DNA of 64,000 nt from Actinomycetota bacterium (lineage in GTDB: Bacteria > Actinomycetota > Acidimicrobiia > Acidimicrobiales > SZUA-35). Below are positions 27,380 through 37,324 of this stretch, in pieces. Every line of letters starts with the position of its first letter. The stretch's first letter is position 1. The notes under the pieces were generated by a model. It was not told where the DNA came from and searched no databases. It saw only the letters and a program-made list of their open reading frames with translations. A program made the position numbers and the translations under genes. The stretch lies in contig JBCCVL010000004.1 of assembly GCA_039195375.1 (NCBI GenBank), forward strand, positions 8,173-72,172, written 5' to 3'.

Positions 27380-28723
27380 TCAGTCCCCGATCACCTCGTG
27401 CACGCCCCAGCGCTCGGGCAGGCCCTTGAACTCGTGGACACCCCTCGGTTCGAAGCGGATCGGTGAGCCGGCCACCAGGCCGCGGATCACGTCGGACACC
27501 ACGATCTCACCCGGCCCCGCCACCTCCAGGAGCCGGGCCGCCAGGTGGACGGCGATGCCGCTGATGTCGTCGCCCCGCCGCTCCACCTCACCGGTGTGGA
27601 TGGCGATGCGGATCGGCAGGTCGCTGGCGGTCAGCTCCCGACGCAGCTGCTGGGCGGCCCTGATGGCGGCCGCCGGTCCGTCGAACTGCACGAGGAACCC
27701 GTCACCCAGGTTCTTGAGCGGGCGCCCACCCTGGCGCTGGATCGCCTCGACGGTCAACGAGTCGTGCCGATCGAGCAGCTCCCGCCACCGGCTGTCGCCC
27801 AGGTCGCTCGCCGTCGCCGTCGAATCGACGAGATCGGTGAACATGATCGTCACCAGCTCCCGGGGGCTGGCCCGGGGCACGTGATCGCCCAGCAGGAACC
27901 GCTCGATGTGGTCGACGATCAGGTCGGCGTCGCCCGACCACCAGTAGTTGTCGGCCCCGTCGAGCTCGACCAGCTCGGCCCCCTCGATCTGTTGGGCCAG
28001 CCAGCGGGCACCGCCGAGTGGCCACCAGCTGTTGTCCCGCCGGTGCAGGATCAACGTCGGGGCGTGCACCGACGGGGCGATGTGGCGGACGTCGAGCTCT
28101 CCGAGCATCCGCATCAGCGCCAACCCGGCCTCGGGTGACGCCTGCTGGCGGCGGGACCGGGCGTACCAGTGGCGCCACCACGGATCGTGGGCGGTGGCGG
28201 CGATGTGGGACTCACCGCCGGTGCCCCGGGCCCACAGGTCGACGATGCCGTCGAGATCGGGCCGCCACAGCTCGGCGGCGACGCCGTGGGGCCAGTCGTC
28301 GGTCGCCGTCATCCGAGGTCCGGTGTTGGCCAGCACGACCGCCGCAGTCCGGTCGGGGAGGCTGGCCGCATGCAGCAGGGCGATCGGGCCGCCCTCGTGG
28401 GTACCGAACAGCACCGCCCGCTCGGTGCCGACGGCGTCGGCAACCGCCACCACATCCCGCACCCACAACTCCGGCGTCGCCACCTCCTCGTGGGACCCGT
28501 CCGACAGCCCGGTTCCCCGCTTGTCGAAGCTGATCAGCCGGGCGAACGACGCCAGCCGGTCGAGGCGCCCGGCGATGGCCGGCACGTCCCACCGGGCCTC
28601 CAGCGGGGTCGCCCACTCGTCGAGCAGGATCAGGTCGAGCGGGCCGTCACCGACCACCTGGTACGCCAGGTTGAGCCCGTCGACCCTGGCGTAGTGGACC
28701 GCCGGGGAACCCGAGCGACTCAT
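27380..28723 (-). CDS. Alpha/beta-hydrolase-fold domain fused to a class III adenylate/guanylate cyclase
   Basis: N-terminus: VHYARVDGLNLAYQVVGDGPLDLILLD...FGTHEGG. C-terminus: VTIMFTDLVDSTA..., KNLGDGFLVQF, IRIAIHTGEVE. Confidence 0.8.
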   Translation of the reverse strand: MSRSGSPAVHYARVDGLNLAYQVVGDGPLDLILLDEWATPLEARWDVPAIAGRLDRLASFARLISFDKRGTGLSDGSHEEVATPELWVRDVVAVADAVGTERAVLFGTHEGGPIALLHAASLPDRTAAVVLANTGPRMTATDDWPHGVAAELWRPDLDGIVDLWARGTGGESHIAATAHDPWWRHWYARSRRQQASPEAGLALMRMLGELDVRHIAPSVHAPTLILHRRDNSWWPLGGARWLAQQIEGAELVELDGADNYWWSGDADLIVDHIERFLLGDHVPRASPRELVTIMFTDLVDSTATASDLGDSRWRELLDRHDSLTVEAIQRQGGRPLKNLGDGFLVQFDGPAAAIRAAQQLRRELTASDLPIRIAIHTGEVERRGDDISGIAVHLAARLLEVAGPGEIVVSDVIRGLVAGSPIRFEPRGVHEFKGLPERWGVHEVIGD

Positions 28724-28766
28724 GGCCGGCGGCCGAGCAGGCCGGGCCGGGTCGGACCCGGATTGG

Positions 28767-29771
28767 TCACGCCCCGGCGGCCGATCCGTCGGGATCGGCG
28801 AGGCCGCGGAGCGGTAGCCCGGCCGCCGTGTACACCGCGTCGATAGCCGCCATGTTGGCGATCGAGTCGGCTCCAGCGGTCGGGAACGGGGCGCCGTGCA
28901 CGAGATGGTCGACGAACGCCCGCAGCATGTGGTCGTAGCTGATGCCGGCATCGACCGGCCCGGCCGTTGTCCCGGCGGCGGTGGTGATCCGCAGCAGGTT
29001 CCCGTTCTGCGGGGCCATCGGGTTGGTGGCGTGGATCCGCCCGTCACCCCCCTCGATCGTCAGCTCGAGGGCCGGGCCCCGGTCCATGGCGCTGGCCACG
29101 AGCCCGGTGGCACCGGACGGGAACCGCAACTCGGCCGAGATGGCGGCGTCGATGTGGGGCGGTCCGACCTCGGCCGTTGCCGACACCACCTCGGGCTCCT
29201 CGCCGGTCACGTGCCGGACCCAACTCATCGGGTAGCAGCCGAGGTCCATCAGCGAGCCGCCCGAGGTGGCGTAGTCCCAGCGAATGTCGGGTTGCCCGAT
29301 CGGCACCTCGAACCGGGCCTCGACCCGGTTGATCGTGCCGATCCGGCCGGACGCCACCTCGTCGAGGATGCGGAGGAACATCGGGTGGTAGCGGTAGTGG
29401 AAGGCCTCGCCGAGCACGAGCCCGGTCTCGTCGGCCACCCGGACCATCTCCGCCGCCTCCTCGGCGTTCGAGGCGAACGGCTTCTCGCAGAACACGTGCT
29501 TGCCAGCCCGCAGGGCGTTGATCGTCCACGCTGCGTGCAGCGACATCGGCAGCGGGTTGTAGACCACATCGACGTCGTCGGCCGCAACCAGTTCGGCGTA
29601 GTCGGCGGCGACGCCGGCGATGCCGTGCTCGTCGGCGAACGCCCTGGCCCGCTCGGGGTCGCGGGCCGCGACCCTGGTGACCTCGACGCCGTCGAGCTTG
29701 GCCGCCGGGTCGACCAGTGCTTTCGGTGCGATCCGGGCCGCCCCGAGGATGCCGATGCGAAGCTGTTCCAT
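28767..29771 (-). CDS. Gfo/Idh/MocA-family oxidoreductase
   Basis: Rossmann motif RIGILGAARIAPKAL and the EKP motif FCEKPFA. Confidence 0.85.
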   Translation of the reverse strand: MEQLRIGILGAARIAPKALVDPAAKLDGVEVTRVAARDPERARAFADEHGIAGVAADYAELVAADDVDVVYNPLPMSLHAAWTINALRAGKHVFCEKPFASNAEEAAEMVRVADETGLVLGEAFHYRYHPMFLRILDEVASGRIGTINRVEARFEVPIGQPDIRWDYATSGGSLMDLGCYPMSWVRHVTGEEPEVVSATAEVGPPHIDAAISAELRFPSGATGLVASAMDRGPALELTIEGGDGRIHATNPMAPQNGNLLRITTAAGTTAGPVDAGISYDHMLRAFVDHLVHGAPFPTAGADSIANMAAIDAVYTAAGLPLRGLADPDGSAAGA

Positions 29772-29830
29772 CCAGTCTGTCTACCGCCCGCCCATCCGCC
29801 CCACCACCGCCCCGACAGTAGGATCGACCC

Positions 29831-32554
29831 ATGCTGCTGGAGCGCGGCGACCTGCTCGGAGTGATGCGGGGCCACCTCGAACGGGCTGCGTCCGACGGGG
29901 GTGGGGCGCTCGTGCTGCTCGCCGGCGAGGCGGGTGCGGGCAAGACGTCGATGGTCCGCGCCCTCGCCGATTCGGTCGACCCGGCCACCCGGGTGCTGGT
30001 CGGCGCCTGCGACAACCTGACCACACCCCGTCCGCTCGGTCCGCTGCACGACATCGCAGCCGCACCCGGTTCTGGCCTGGCCGGGCTGATGGACGGCGAC
30101 CGCTCGGCCGTCGAGCGCTTTGCCGAGGTCCGTGATGTCCTTCGGTCGGGTGCCAGGGCCACGCTCATGGTCGTCGAGGACGCCCACTGGGCCGACGAGG
30201 CGACGCTCGATCTGCTGCGATTCCTCGGTCGGCGGATCGCCGAGACCCGGGCCGTCCTCGTCGTCACCTACCGGGACGACGAGGTGGGGGTCGACCACCC
30301 GCTGCGCCCGGTCCTCGGTCAGCTCCTCCCGATCGACTCGACCGATCGCATCGTCGTCGAGCCGTTGAGTCTCGCCGCCGTCTCCCGTCTCGTGCTCGAG
30401 ACACCGGTATCGGGTCCTGGCGTCGCCGACCCGGCCGAGCTGCACCGGGTGTCCGGCGGCAACCCGTTCTTCGTCACCGAGATCCTGGCCGCCGGCTCGA
30501 CGGGCTCAACCGGTTCGACCGGGCCGACCCGGCCAACCGCAGACCCGACCGCAACGTCGACCGTGTGGCCGACCGATGGCCCGACCACGGTGCCCGCCAC
30601 CGTGCAGGACGCCGTCCTGGCCCGGCTGGCCGCCGTCGACCCGGACGCCCGCCGGGTGGTCGAGGCCGTGTCGATCGCCCCACGCCACCTCGAGCTCGAT
30701 CGGGTGGTCGCCCTGACAGCCACCACCGCTGCCGCCGTCGACCGGGCCGTCGACGGCGGCATCCTGCTGGCCGAGGGAAACCGGCTCCGCTTCCGGCACG
30801 AGCTGGCCAGGGCCGCCGTCGAAGAAACGCTGCCGCCGGCCAGACGGCTCGGCCTGCACCGGGCGATGATCGACCTGCTCGACGGCGACGACGAGGACCG
30901 CGACCTTGCCGCATTGGCCCACCACGCCGTCCGGGCCGACGTGCCCGACCTGATCGTGCGGCACGCACGGGAGGCGGGCCGGGAGGCCGCGGCCCGCGGG
31001 GCCCGCCGCCAGGCCATCGAGTTCTACCGGGCCTGCCTGGCCCACCACCGCCGCCTCGACGCGTCAGCCGAGCTCGACGCTCGTCTCGCCCTGGTCGACC
31101 AACTGCGGATCGTCGACCGCCAGACCGAGGCGCTCCTGGAGCTCGACCGGGCGATTGCGCTCGGCCGGGAACTGGACGACGTCGAGAGCTTGGCCGAGGC
31201 CCTGAGCCTCCGTCCGACCATCGTGTGGAACACCGAGCTCGATGCGGCCGAGGGTCGCGAGGCGGCCGACGAGGCGCTCCGACTGCTCCGCCGGCGAGGA
31301 CCGAGTGAGGGCCTGGCCCGCCACCTGTACCGGACGGGCCATCTGCACATGCTGGCCCGCCGCCGCGAGCCGGCGTCGGCCGCGGTTCGGGAGGCGGCGG
31401 CCATGGCCGAGGAGGTCGGCAGCGAGGAGGTCCGGTGGTTGGCCTCGATGATGGCAGGCTGCATCGACCTGGTCCTGAGCCCGACCGACGGCGGGGCCGT
31501 CGAGGGTGCCGATCGGCTGGAGCTCGCCCTTGCCGAGGCGGAAGCGCTCGGTCGCCCCGGTTTCCGGTCGATCGCCCTCGGCATGCTCGGCACCGGCGGC
31601 GGCGAGGCTCGCCTGTACGCCAGGGCGATCCCCGCACTGGAGCAGGGCATCGCCCAGGGGCTGGCCACCGACGAGGACTACGCCGTCGCCTACAACCGGG
31701 CCTGGCTGGCCCGCATCGCCTTCGAGCAGGGGCGGTGGGACGACGCAACCGATCTCGTCGCCCTCGTCGAGCGCACCACCAACAATCAGACCGGGATCGC
31801 CGGTCTGACCGCCGGCAGCGTGCTCGGCCGGGTCCGGGTCCGGCGTGGTGACCCCGGGGGGATCGAGTTGCTCGACCGGATGATCGAGCTCGGTCGTGGC
31901 CATGAGCTCCAGCACGCCTGGACCGCCATCTGCGGCCGGGCCGAAGGCCACTGGCTCGCCGGGAACGACGAGGCGGTGGTCGACGTCGTGACCCCGGCCT
32001 ACGAGCGGGCGCTCGTCGCCGACAGCCCCTGGGCCAGGGGCGAGCTCGGGTTCTGGCTGTGGCGAGTCGGGGCGATCGACGAACCCCCCGCCGACTCGGC
32101 CGAGCCGTTCGCCCTCCAGATGGCCGGCCAGTGGCGGGAGGCGGCCGAGCATTGGGCCGACATCGGCTGCCCCTACGAGTCGGCGATGGCCCTGGCCGAC
32201 GGTGACGCCGACGCCGTCACCCGTGGGCTCGCCGCCATCGATGGCCTTGGCGCTGCGCCGGCGGGGCGACGACTCCGACGAGGTCTCCGGGCGGCTGGCG
32301 TCGATCGGGTGCCACGAGGCCCGGTTCCCGCCACCCGGGCCAACCCGGCCGGACTGACGGCTCGCCAGCTCGACGTGCTCCGCCTGATCGTCGACGGGCG
32401 GACCAACACCGAGATCGCAACCCAGCTGTTCGTGGCCAAGAAAACCGTCGAGCACCACGTGTCCGCCGTCTACGCCAAGCTCGGCGTGACCGACCGGGCC
32501 AAGGCCATCGCCGCGGCCCGGGACCGTGGTCTCGTGCTCCCGACGTCGGGGTAG
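29831..32554 (+). CDS. Large ATP-binding LuxR-family regulator (LAL/MalT-like)
   Basis: Walker A LLAGEAGAGKTSM, Walker B LMVVEDAHWAD, a helical-repeat middle region, and the C-terminal HTH LTARQLDVLRLIVDGRTNTEIATQLFVAKKTVEHHVSAVYAKLGV. Confidence 0.85.
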   Translation: MLLERGDLLGVMRGHLERAASDGGGALVLLAGEAGAGKTSMVRALADSVDPATRVLVGACDNLTTPRPLGPLHDIAAAPGSGLAGLMDGDRSAVERFAEVRDVLRSGARATLMVVEDAHWADEATLDLLRFLGRRIAETRAVLVVTYRDDEVGVDHPLRPVLGQLLPIDSTDRIVVEPLSLAAVSRLVLETPVSGPGVADPAELHRVSGGNPFFVTEILAAGSTGSTGSTGPTRPTADPTATSTVWPTDGPTTVPATVQDAVLARLAAVDPDARRVVEAVSIAPRHLELDRVVALTATTAAAVDRAVDGGILLAEGNRLRFRHELARAAVEETLPPARRLGLHRAMIDLLDGDDEDRDLAALAHHAVRADVPDLIVRHAREAGREAAARGARRQAIEFYRACLAHHRRLDASAELDARLALVDQLRIVDRQTEALLELDRAIALGRELDDVESLAEALSLRPTIVWNTELDAAEGREAADEALRLLRRRGPSEGLARHLYRTGHLHMLARRREPASAAVREAAAMAEEVGSEEVRWLASMMAGCIDLVLSPTDGGAVEGADRLELALAEAEALGRPGFRSIALGMLGTGGGEARLYARAIPALEQGIAQGLATDEDYAVAYNRAWLARIAFEQGRWDDATDLVALVERTTNNQTGIAGLTAGSVLGRVRVRRGDPGGIELLDRMIELGRGHELQHAWTAICGRAEGHWLAGNDEAVVDVVTPAYERALVADSPWARGELGFWLWRVGAIDEPPADSAEPFALQMAGQWREAAEHWADIGCPYESAMALADGDADAVTRGLAAIDGLGAAPAGRRLRRGLRAAGVDRVPRGPVPATRANPAGLTARQLDVLRLIVDGRTNTEIATQLFVAKKTVEHHVSAVYAKLGVTDRAKAIAAARDRGLVLPTSG

Positions 32555-32671
32555 GGGTCGCCCGATCTGGGGGTGGGCCCCGATGCGGGGGATGGGGGAT
32601 CCGTCGTAGCGTCGCCGTTGGGCCGGATCGACCGGCCGCCCGGATGGCCGGGACGACGAGAGGAGGGGCCG

Positions 32672-32953
32672 ATGCCCCGCTACATGGTGGAGCGCACGTT
32701 TCCCGACGGGGTCGAGATCCCGACCGACGACGGGGGGCTCGATGCCCTCCGCGGCATCATCGAGCGCAATGCGGCCGAGGACGTGACCTGGGTGCGCTCG
32801 TTCGTGACCGACGACCACCGCCGGACGTTCTGCGTGTACGACGCGCCGACCCCGGAGGCGATCCGCCGGGCCGCCGGCAGCAGTGAACTCCCGGTCGACT
32901 CGATCTCGGAGGTCAGCGTCCTCGACCCCTACTTCTACGTCGGCCGGACCTGA
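32672..32953 (+). CDS. DUF4242-like small protein
   Basis: MPRYMVERTFPDG...WVRSFVTDD..FCVYDAPTPEAIRRAA...P...ISEV. SD GAGAGGAGG before the ATG. Confidence 0.55.
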   Translation: MPRYMVERTFPDGVEIPTDDGGLDALRGIIERNAAEDVTWVRSFVTDDHRRTFCVYDAPTPEAIRRAAGSSELPVDSISEVSVLDPYFYVGRT

Positions 32954-33005
32954 CCGGCAACCGGCGGCCCCGTGACCCGCCTCCGACACCGATCTCGTCG
33001 GCTAC

Positions 33006-34322
33006 TCAACCGACGACGTCGGTATCGGGGTGGTAGCGGGACCAGGCGAACCAGAACGTGTCGAGGTGGGGGAGCGGGTCGAGGCGCCGGCCGGCGAGTG
33101 GTCCGTCGATCGCCCGGCCGAGCACGTCCCACGTCGAACCGGTGGTCGAATCGACGACCGTGCCACGGCCGTCGCCACCCGGCTCGAACGTGAGCCGCTC
33201 ACCGTCGAGCTCGCCGAGGAACACACCGACCGCGCCGACCGCCAGGCCGTCGGCGATGGCCTCACCGTCGAGGGCCGAGGTCGTGCCCGGCTCCCATCGG
33301 ACCACGACGGGCTGACCGCCGACGTCGAGCTCGACCACGCCGTCGTCGGCCAGGGCTCGGCGGTCGATGGCCACCCGCTCGCCGGCGAGGTTGATGCCGA
33401 CCACCCGCTGCTTCGGGTCGAGCCGGTCGTCGATCTCGCCGGTGACGTGCCCGGCCGACGGCGGTGCCGTCTCGTAGTTGGGATACGGGGCCTCGCCGTA
33501 CGGCCGGCCGACGAGGCCGGTCGGTCGGTCGAGCACGAGGGCGTCTGGGTTGGCGGCCCTGGCGTCGCGCCACGACACCATCGCCGCCGGCAGGATCGTC
33601 AGTTCGGTCCCGAGCAGGTCGCCGACAACGGCAACGCCGTCGAAGTGGGTCCACAGCGACTCGGTCTGGCGGTCGTACATCACCAGCGCCGACTGGTAGA
33701 GGGCACCGCTGGTGCCGAACTCGAGCACCGTCCCGCCGTCGCCGTCGATCGTCGACTCGAATGCCACCACCGAGTTGCACAGCGGGCAGTAGGTCATGGC
33801 CACCGGGACGCCGGCGACGACGTCGTTCACGATCTCGTGCCACACGAGGATCTGGGCCGGGTAGATCCTGGTCTCGCCACCGACGGTCAACACCGCGACC
33901 GGTTCGTCGTCGGCCAGCCAGTCGACGGCGTCGATCGGCAGGTGGGTCGGGTCGTCGATGCTCTGGATCCCGTCCGGCGGCGGCCCGCCGGAGACGATGG
34001 CGAACCGGTCGACCAGGGTGTCGGGGTGGCGCTCGGGTTCCAGGTGTCGTGGCGGGAGGGCCGAGTTGTCGACCGGGCGGGCCTGCCTGGCCCGGACGGC
34101 GAGGGCCCGGGTCTGGGCGTCGGGGTAGTCCTCGATGGTCGTTGAGGTCGAGTCCGAGGTCGACGTGGTCCCGTCGCCACGCATGTCGCCTGTCGCGGCC
34201 ACGGCCCCTTCCGCCACCTCCTCGGCTGCGGCGGCGTCGTCATCCGACGACCCCGAGCCGCCGGCGCACGCCGACCCGACGAGCGCGACGGCCAGCAGCG
34301 TTGCGGGGAGGCGAGGGGTCAT
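33006..34322 (-). CDS. DUF3179-family lipoprotein
   Basis: Lipobox LVGSAC. Core GGETRIYPAQILVWHEIVNDVVAGVPVAMTYCPLCNS. Confidence 0.7.
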   Translation of the reverse strand: MTPRLPATLLAVALVGSACAGGSGSSDDDAAAAEEVAEGAVAATGDMRGDGTTSTSDSTSTTIEDYPDAQTRALAVRARQARPVDNSALPPRHLEPERHPDTLVDRFAIVSGGPPPDGIQSIDDPTHLPIDAVDWLADDEPVAVLTVGGETRIYPAQILVWHEIVNDVVAGVPVAMTYCPLCNSVVAFESTIDGDGGTVLEFGTSGALYQSALVMYDRQTESLWTHFDGVAVVGDLLGTELTILPAAMVSWRDARAANPDALVLDRPTGLVGRPYGEAPYPNYETAPPSAGHVTGEIDDRLDPKQRVVGINLAGERVAIDRRALADDGVVELDVGGQPVVVRWEPGTTSALDGEAIADGLAVGAVGVFLGELDGERLTFEPGGDGRGTVVDSTTGSTWDVLGRAIDGPLAGRRLDPLPHLDTFWFAWSRYHPDTDVVG

Positions 34323-34402
34323 GGCACCAGGAACCGCCGTCGGCCGCTGCGGCTTCCCGGCTCGACCGGACCAGCACGGAGGCCCCGAAGTAGCATCGGT
34401 TC

Positions 34403-35758
34403 ATGGCCGTCACCGACAAACTTCCGTTCCATCTGCGGGGGAACTACGCCCCGATCGGCGACGAGATCACCGCAACCGAGCTGGAGGTGACCGGCGAGAT
34501 CCCGCCCGAGCTGGATGGCCGCTACCTCCGCAACGGCGCCAACCCGATCACCGGGGAGAGCGAGCACTGGTTCTTCGGCGACGGCATGATCCACGGCGTG
34601 CGCCTGTCCGACGGTCGGGCCGAGTGGTACCGCAACCGCTACGTCAGGACCCCGTTCGTCGACCCGCTGGCTAGCGCCGACGGTGAGACGCCAACACCCG
34701 ACTCGGCGAACTCGAAGGCCAACACCCACGTCGTCGCCCACGCCGGTCGGATCCTCTGCCTGGAGGAGGGCCACGTTCCTTACGAGATCGACGGCGAGCT
34801 CGACACGGTCGGTCCCCACACCTTCGGCGGCCGGCTCGATTCGTCGTTCACCGCCCATCCGAAGATCTGCCCCCGCACCGGCGAGATGATCGGCTTCGGC
34901 TACGGATTCGGGCCGCCGTACCTGACCTATCACCGGGTCTCGGCCGACGGCGAGCTGGTCCAGAGCTCCGAGATCGACCTGCCGGCCCCGGTGATGATGC
35001 ACGACTTCAACGTCACCGACCGTCGGGTGGTGTTCATGGACCTGCCGGTGGTGTTCAGCATGGACCGGGCGATGGCCGGAACGATGCCCTTCGCCTTCGA
35101 GCCAGACAATGGGGCTCGTCTCGGGGTCATGCCCCGCGATGGTGACAACAACTCCGTGCAGTGGATCGATGTCGAGCCCTGCTACGTCTTCCACCCGGTG
35201 AACTCCTACGACCACCCGAGCGATCCGGACCGGGTGATCGTCGACGTCGCCCGCTACCCGTCGATGTGGGCCGCCTCCCCCGAGTTCGACGAGGTGGCCG
35301 CCCTGTGGCGCTGGGACATCGATCTGACCACGGGCTCGGTCGCCGAGACACAACTCGACGACCGGCCGATCGAGTTCGGTCGGGTCCCAGACGGCCGAGT
35401 GGCCCAGGACTACCGCTACGGCTACGCCGTGTCCTCCGGCGATGACGCCGGCCTCGTCTCCGGCGGCGGCTCCGCCATCGTGAAGTACGACCTGGAGGCC
35501 GGCACCTCGTCGGCCCACGAGTTCGGTGGCGGCCGTCAGCCGGGGGAGATGGTGTTCGTGCCGGCCGACGGCGTCGATGCCGACGACCGTGGCGCCGAGG
35601 ATCACGGCTACCTGCTCGGCTACGTGTACGACCGGGCCGCGGATCGGAGCGACCTCGTCATCCTCGATGCCGCCGACGTGGCGGCCGAGCCCCTCGCCAC
35701 CGTGCACCTGCCCCGCCGGGTGCCGTTCGGGTTCCACGGTTCGTGGGTCCCGGCCTGA
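34403..35758 (+). CDS. Carotenoid/apocarotenoid cleavage oxygenase family (RPE65-like)
   Basis: FHLRGNYAPI..E, plus four His landmarks (FTAHPK, MMHDF, VFHPVN, PFGFHG). Confidence 0.85.
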   Translation: MAVTDKLPFHLRGNYAPIGDEITATELEVTGEIPPELDGRYLRNGANPITGESEHWFFGDGMIHGVRLSDGRAEWYRNRYVRTPFVDPLASADGETPTPDSANSKANTHVVAHAGRILCLEEGHVPYEIDGELDTVGPHTFGGRLDSSFTAHPKICPRTGEMIGFGYGFGPPYLTYHRVSADGELVQSSEIDLPAPVMMHDFNVTDRRVVFMDLPVVFSMDRAMAGTMPFAFEPDNGARLGVMPRDGDNNSVQWIDVEPCYVFHPVNSYDHPSDPDRVIVDVARYPSMWAASPEFDEVAALWRWDIDLTTGSVAETQLDDRPIEFGRVPDGRVAQDYRYGYAVSSGDDAGLVSGGGSAIVKYDLEAGTSSAHEFGGGRQPGEMVFVPADGVDADDRGAEDHGYLLGYVYDRAADRSDLVILDAADVAAEPLATVHLPRRVPFGFHGSWVPA

Positions 35759-35807
35759 GCCTGGCCGCCGGCCTCCGTCACCCGCCTGGCCCGGCCGGTC
35801 ATCGCTG

Positions 35808-36167
35808 ATGTTGCCCCGTTCGGTCGAGCTGCCGATCGACGCCGCTGCGGCCATGCGCCAGATCATCGGCATCATGAGCGACCACGGCTGGGCCGGTGTC
35901 GGTTACGACGAGGCGGTCCGCGGTGAGCTGCTCGACGCCCGCCTGCTGCAGGCGTGGACGTCGGAGGAGTGGGCGCAGCTCCGCGGCGAGGATCGTTCGA
36001 TCGAGTTGGAGCTGGAGGATGCGGCGATGCTGCTCGGCGGGCTGTCGTTCACCGAGATGATGAGCGTCGACTTCCCGTGGATCGACCTCGTCCGGTGGAG
36101 CGTCGACTTCATCACCGCCGAGTTGCGGCCCCTGTGGACCGACGATGAGTGGGCGCTGGTCGGGTGA
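35808..36167 (+). CDS. Hypothetical protein
   Basis: GC3-rich with no motif. Start at 35808 or 35875. Confidence 0.4.
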   Translation: MLPRSVELPIDAAAAMRQIIGIMSDHGWAGVGYDEAVRGELLDARLLQAWTSEEWAQLRGEDRSIELELEDAAMLLGGLSFTEMMSVDFPWIDLVRWSVDFITAELRPLWTDDEWALVG

Positions 36168-37129
36168 CCGAGGGGGCAGAGGGGGCAGAGGGGGCGGCCG
36201 GGGAGGCCGGCGTCACCTCGATCGAGGAGGCCGCGGCCCGGCTCTACGACCTCCCGCTCGGCGAGTTCGTCGGTGCCCGCGATGACCTGGCCAAGCGGAC
36301 CCGGGTCGACGGCGACCGGGAGCTGGCCGGTGCGATCAAGGCGCTGCGCAAGCCGACGGTGGCCGCCGATGCGCTCAATCGCGCCGTCCGGGCGGATCGA
36401 GCGGCCGTCGACGCGCTGCTGGAGGCGGCCGACCGGCTGCGGTTGACCCAGGAGGCGCTGCTGGCCGGGAAGGAGGCGCCGGCCGGCGCCGATTTCGGTG
36501 CCGACCAGGCTGCCTACCGCGCTGCGGTCGATGCCGTCGCCGCCGGTGCGCCGAGTCACGAGGTCGAGGTCCGGGCCGCGATCGAGGCGGCGGCAACCGG
36601 CGGCCTCGGCGCCGAGCTCCGGGCGGGGTGCTTCGCCGTGCCGCCCGAGCCGACCGGCGGTCTCGGCCCGTTCGTCCCCGGCGCCGGTGCCCTCACCCCG
36701 ATCGGGTCATCGCCGGGCCGGTCGGGACGTCGGGCCGACACCTCCCGGCGCCGCCGTGCGACTGCGCGGTCCGCCGGCTCGGGTCTGGCCGATGGGGGTG
36801 ACGGCGTCGGCGAGGCGGACGACGCCGACGCAGCGCCTCCCGGGCCGTCGGCGGCCGAGCGTCGGCTGGCCGAACGGGCCCGGGTGGCCGCCGAGCGGTC
36901 GCTCGGCGAGGCCGAGGCAGCCGAACGGGACGCCCGTGAGGCGGCCGCCGCTGCCGGCGAGGTCGTCGCCGGCCTCGACGCCGAGGTGGCCGAGCTGGTC
37001 GAGCGACTCGACGCCCTTCGGGTCAGGCGGGACGAGGCGGTGATGGCCCGAGCCGAGGCCGAGGCGGCCCACTCGGCGGCCGTCGAACGGGCGACGCGGG
37101 CCAGGGCCGTGCTCGACGAGCTCAGCTGA
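36164..37129 (+). CDS. Hypothetical Ala/Glu-rich coiled-coil protein
   Basis: GTGA overlap with the upstream stop (36164-36167). N-terminus RLYDLPLGEFVGARDDLAKR. The C-terminus is coiled-coil-like. Confidence 0.5.
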   Translation: MTEGAEGAEGAAGEAGVTSIEEAAARLYDLPLGEFVGARDDLAKRTRVDGDRELAGAIKALRKPTVAADALNRAVRADRAAVDALLEAADRLRLTQEALLAGKEAPAGADFGADQAAYRAAVDAVAAGAPSHEVEVRAAIEAAATGGLGAELRAGCFAVPPEPTGGLGPFVPGAGALTPIGSSPGRSGRRADTSRRRRATARSAGSGLADGGDGVGEADDADAAPPGPSAAERRLAERARVAAERSLGEAEAAERDAREAAAAAGEVVAGLDAEVAELVERLDALRVRRDEAVMARAEAEAAHSAAVERATRARAVLDELS

Positions 37130-37140
37130 CCGCTGGCGCC

Positions 37141-37164
37141 GCACCGGACGACGTGTTCCGGTGC
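37141..37164 (+). terminator. Perfect 8-bp hairpin 11 nt after the stop
   Basis: GCACCGGA, 8-nt loop, TCCGGTGC. No U-tract. Confidence 0.45.
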
Positions 37165-37324
37165 ACCGGTTGGACCTGCGTGGAACCGACGTTCCAGACC
37201 CGTCGGCCCGGGCCATCGCCGAGACGCCAGGCGCCGCAACGGCCACGAGCAGGCTGAGAACCAGCTGAGACGCCGGGTCATGGCCTCAGGCTGCTCTCAG
37301 CCGCAGCGTGGTCTCCTGCGCCGT

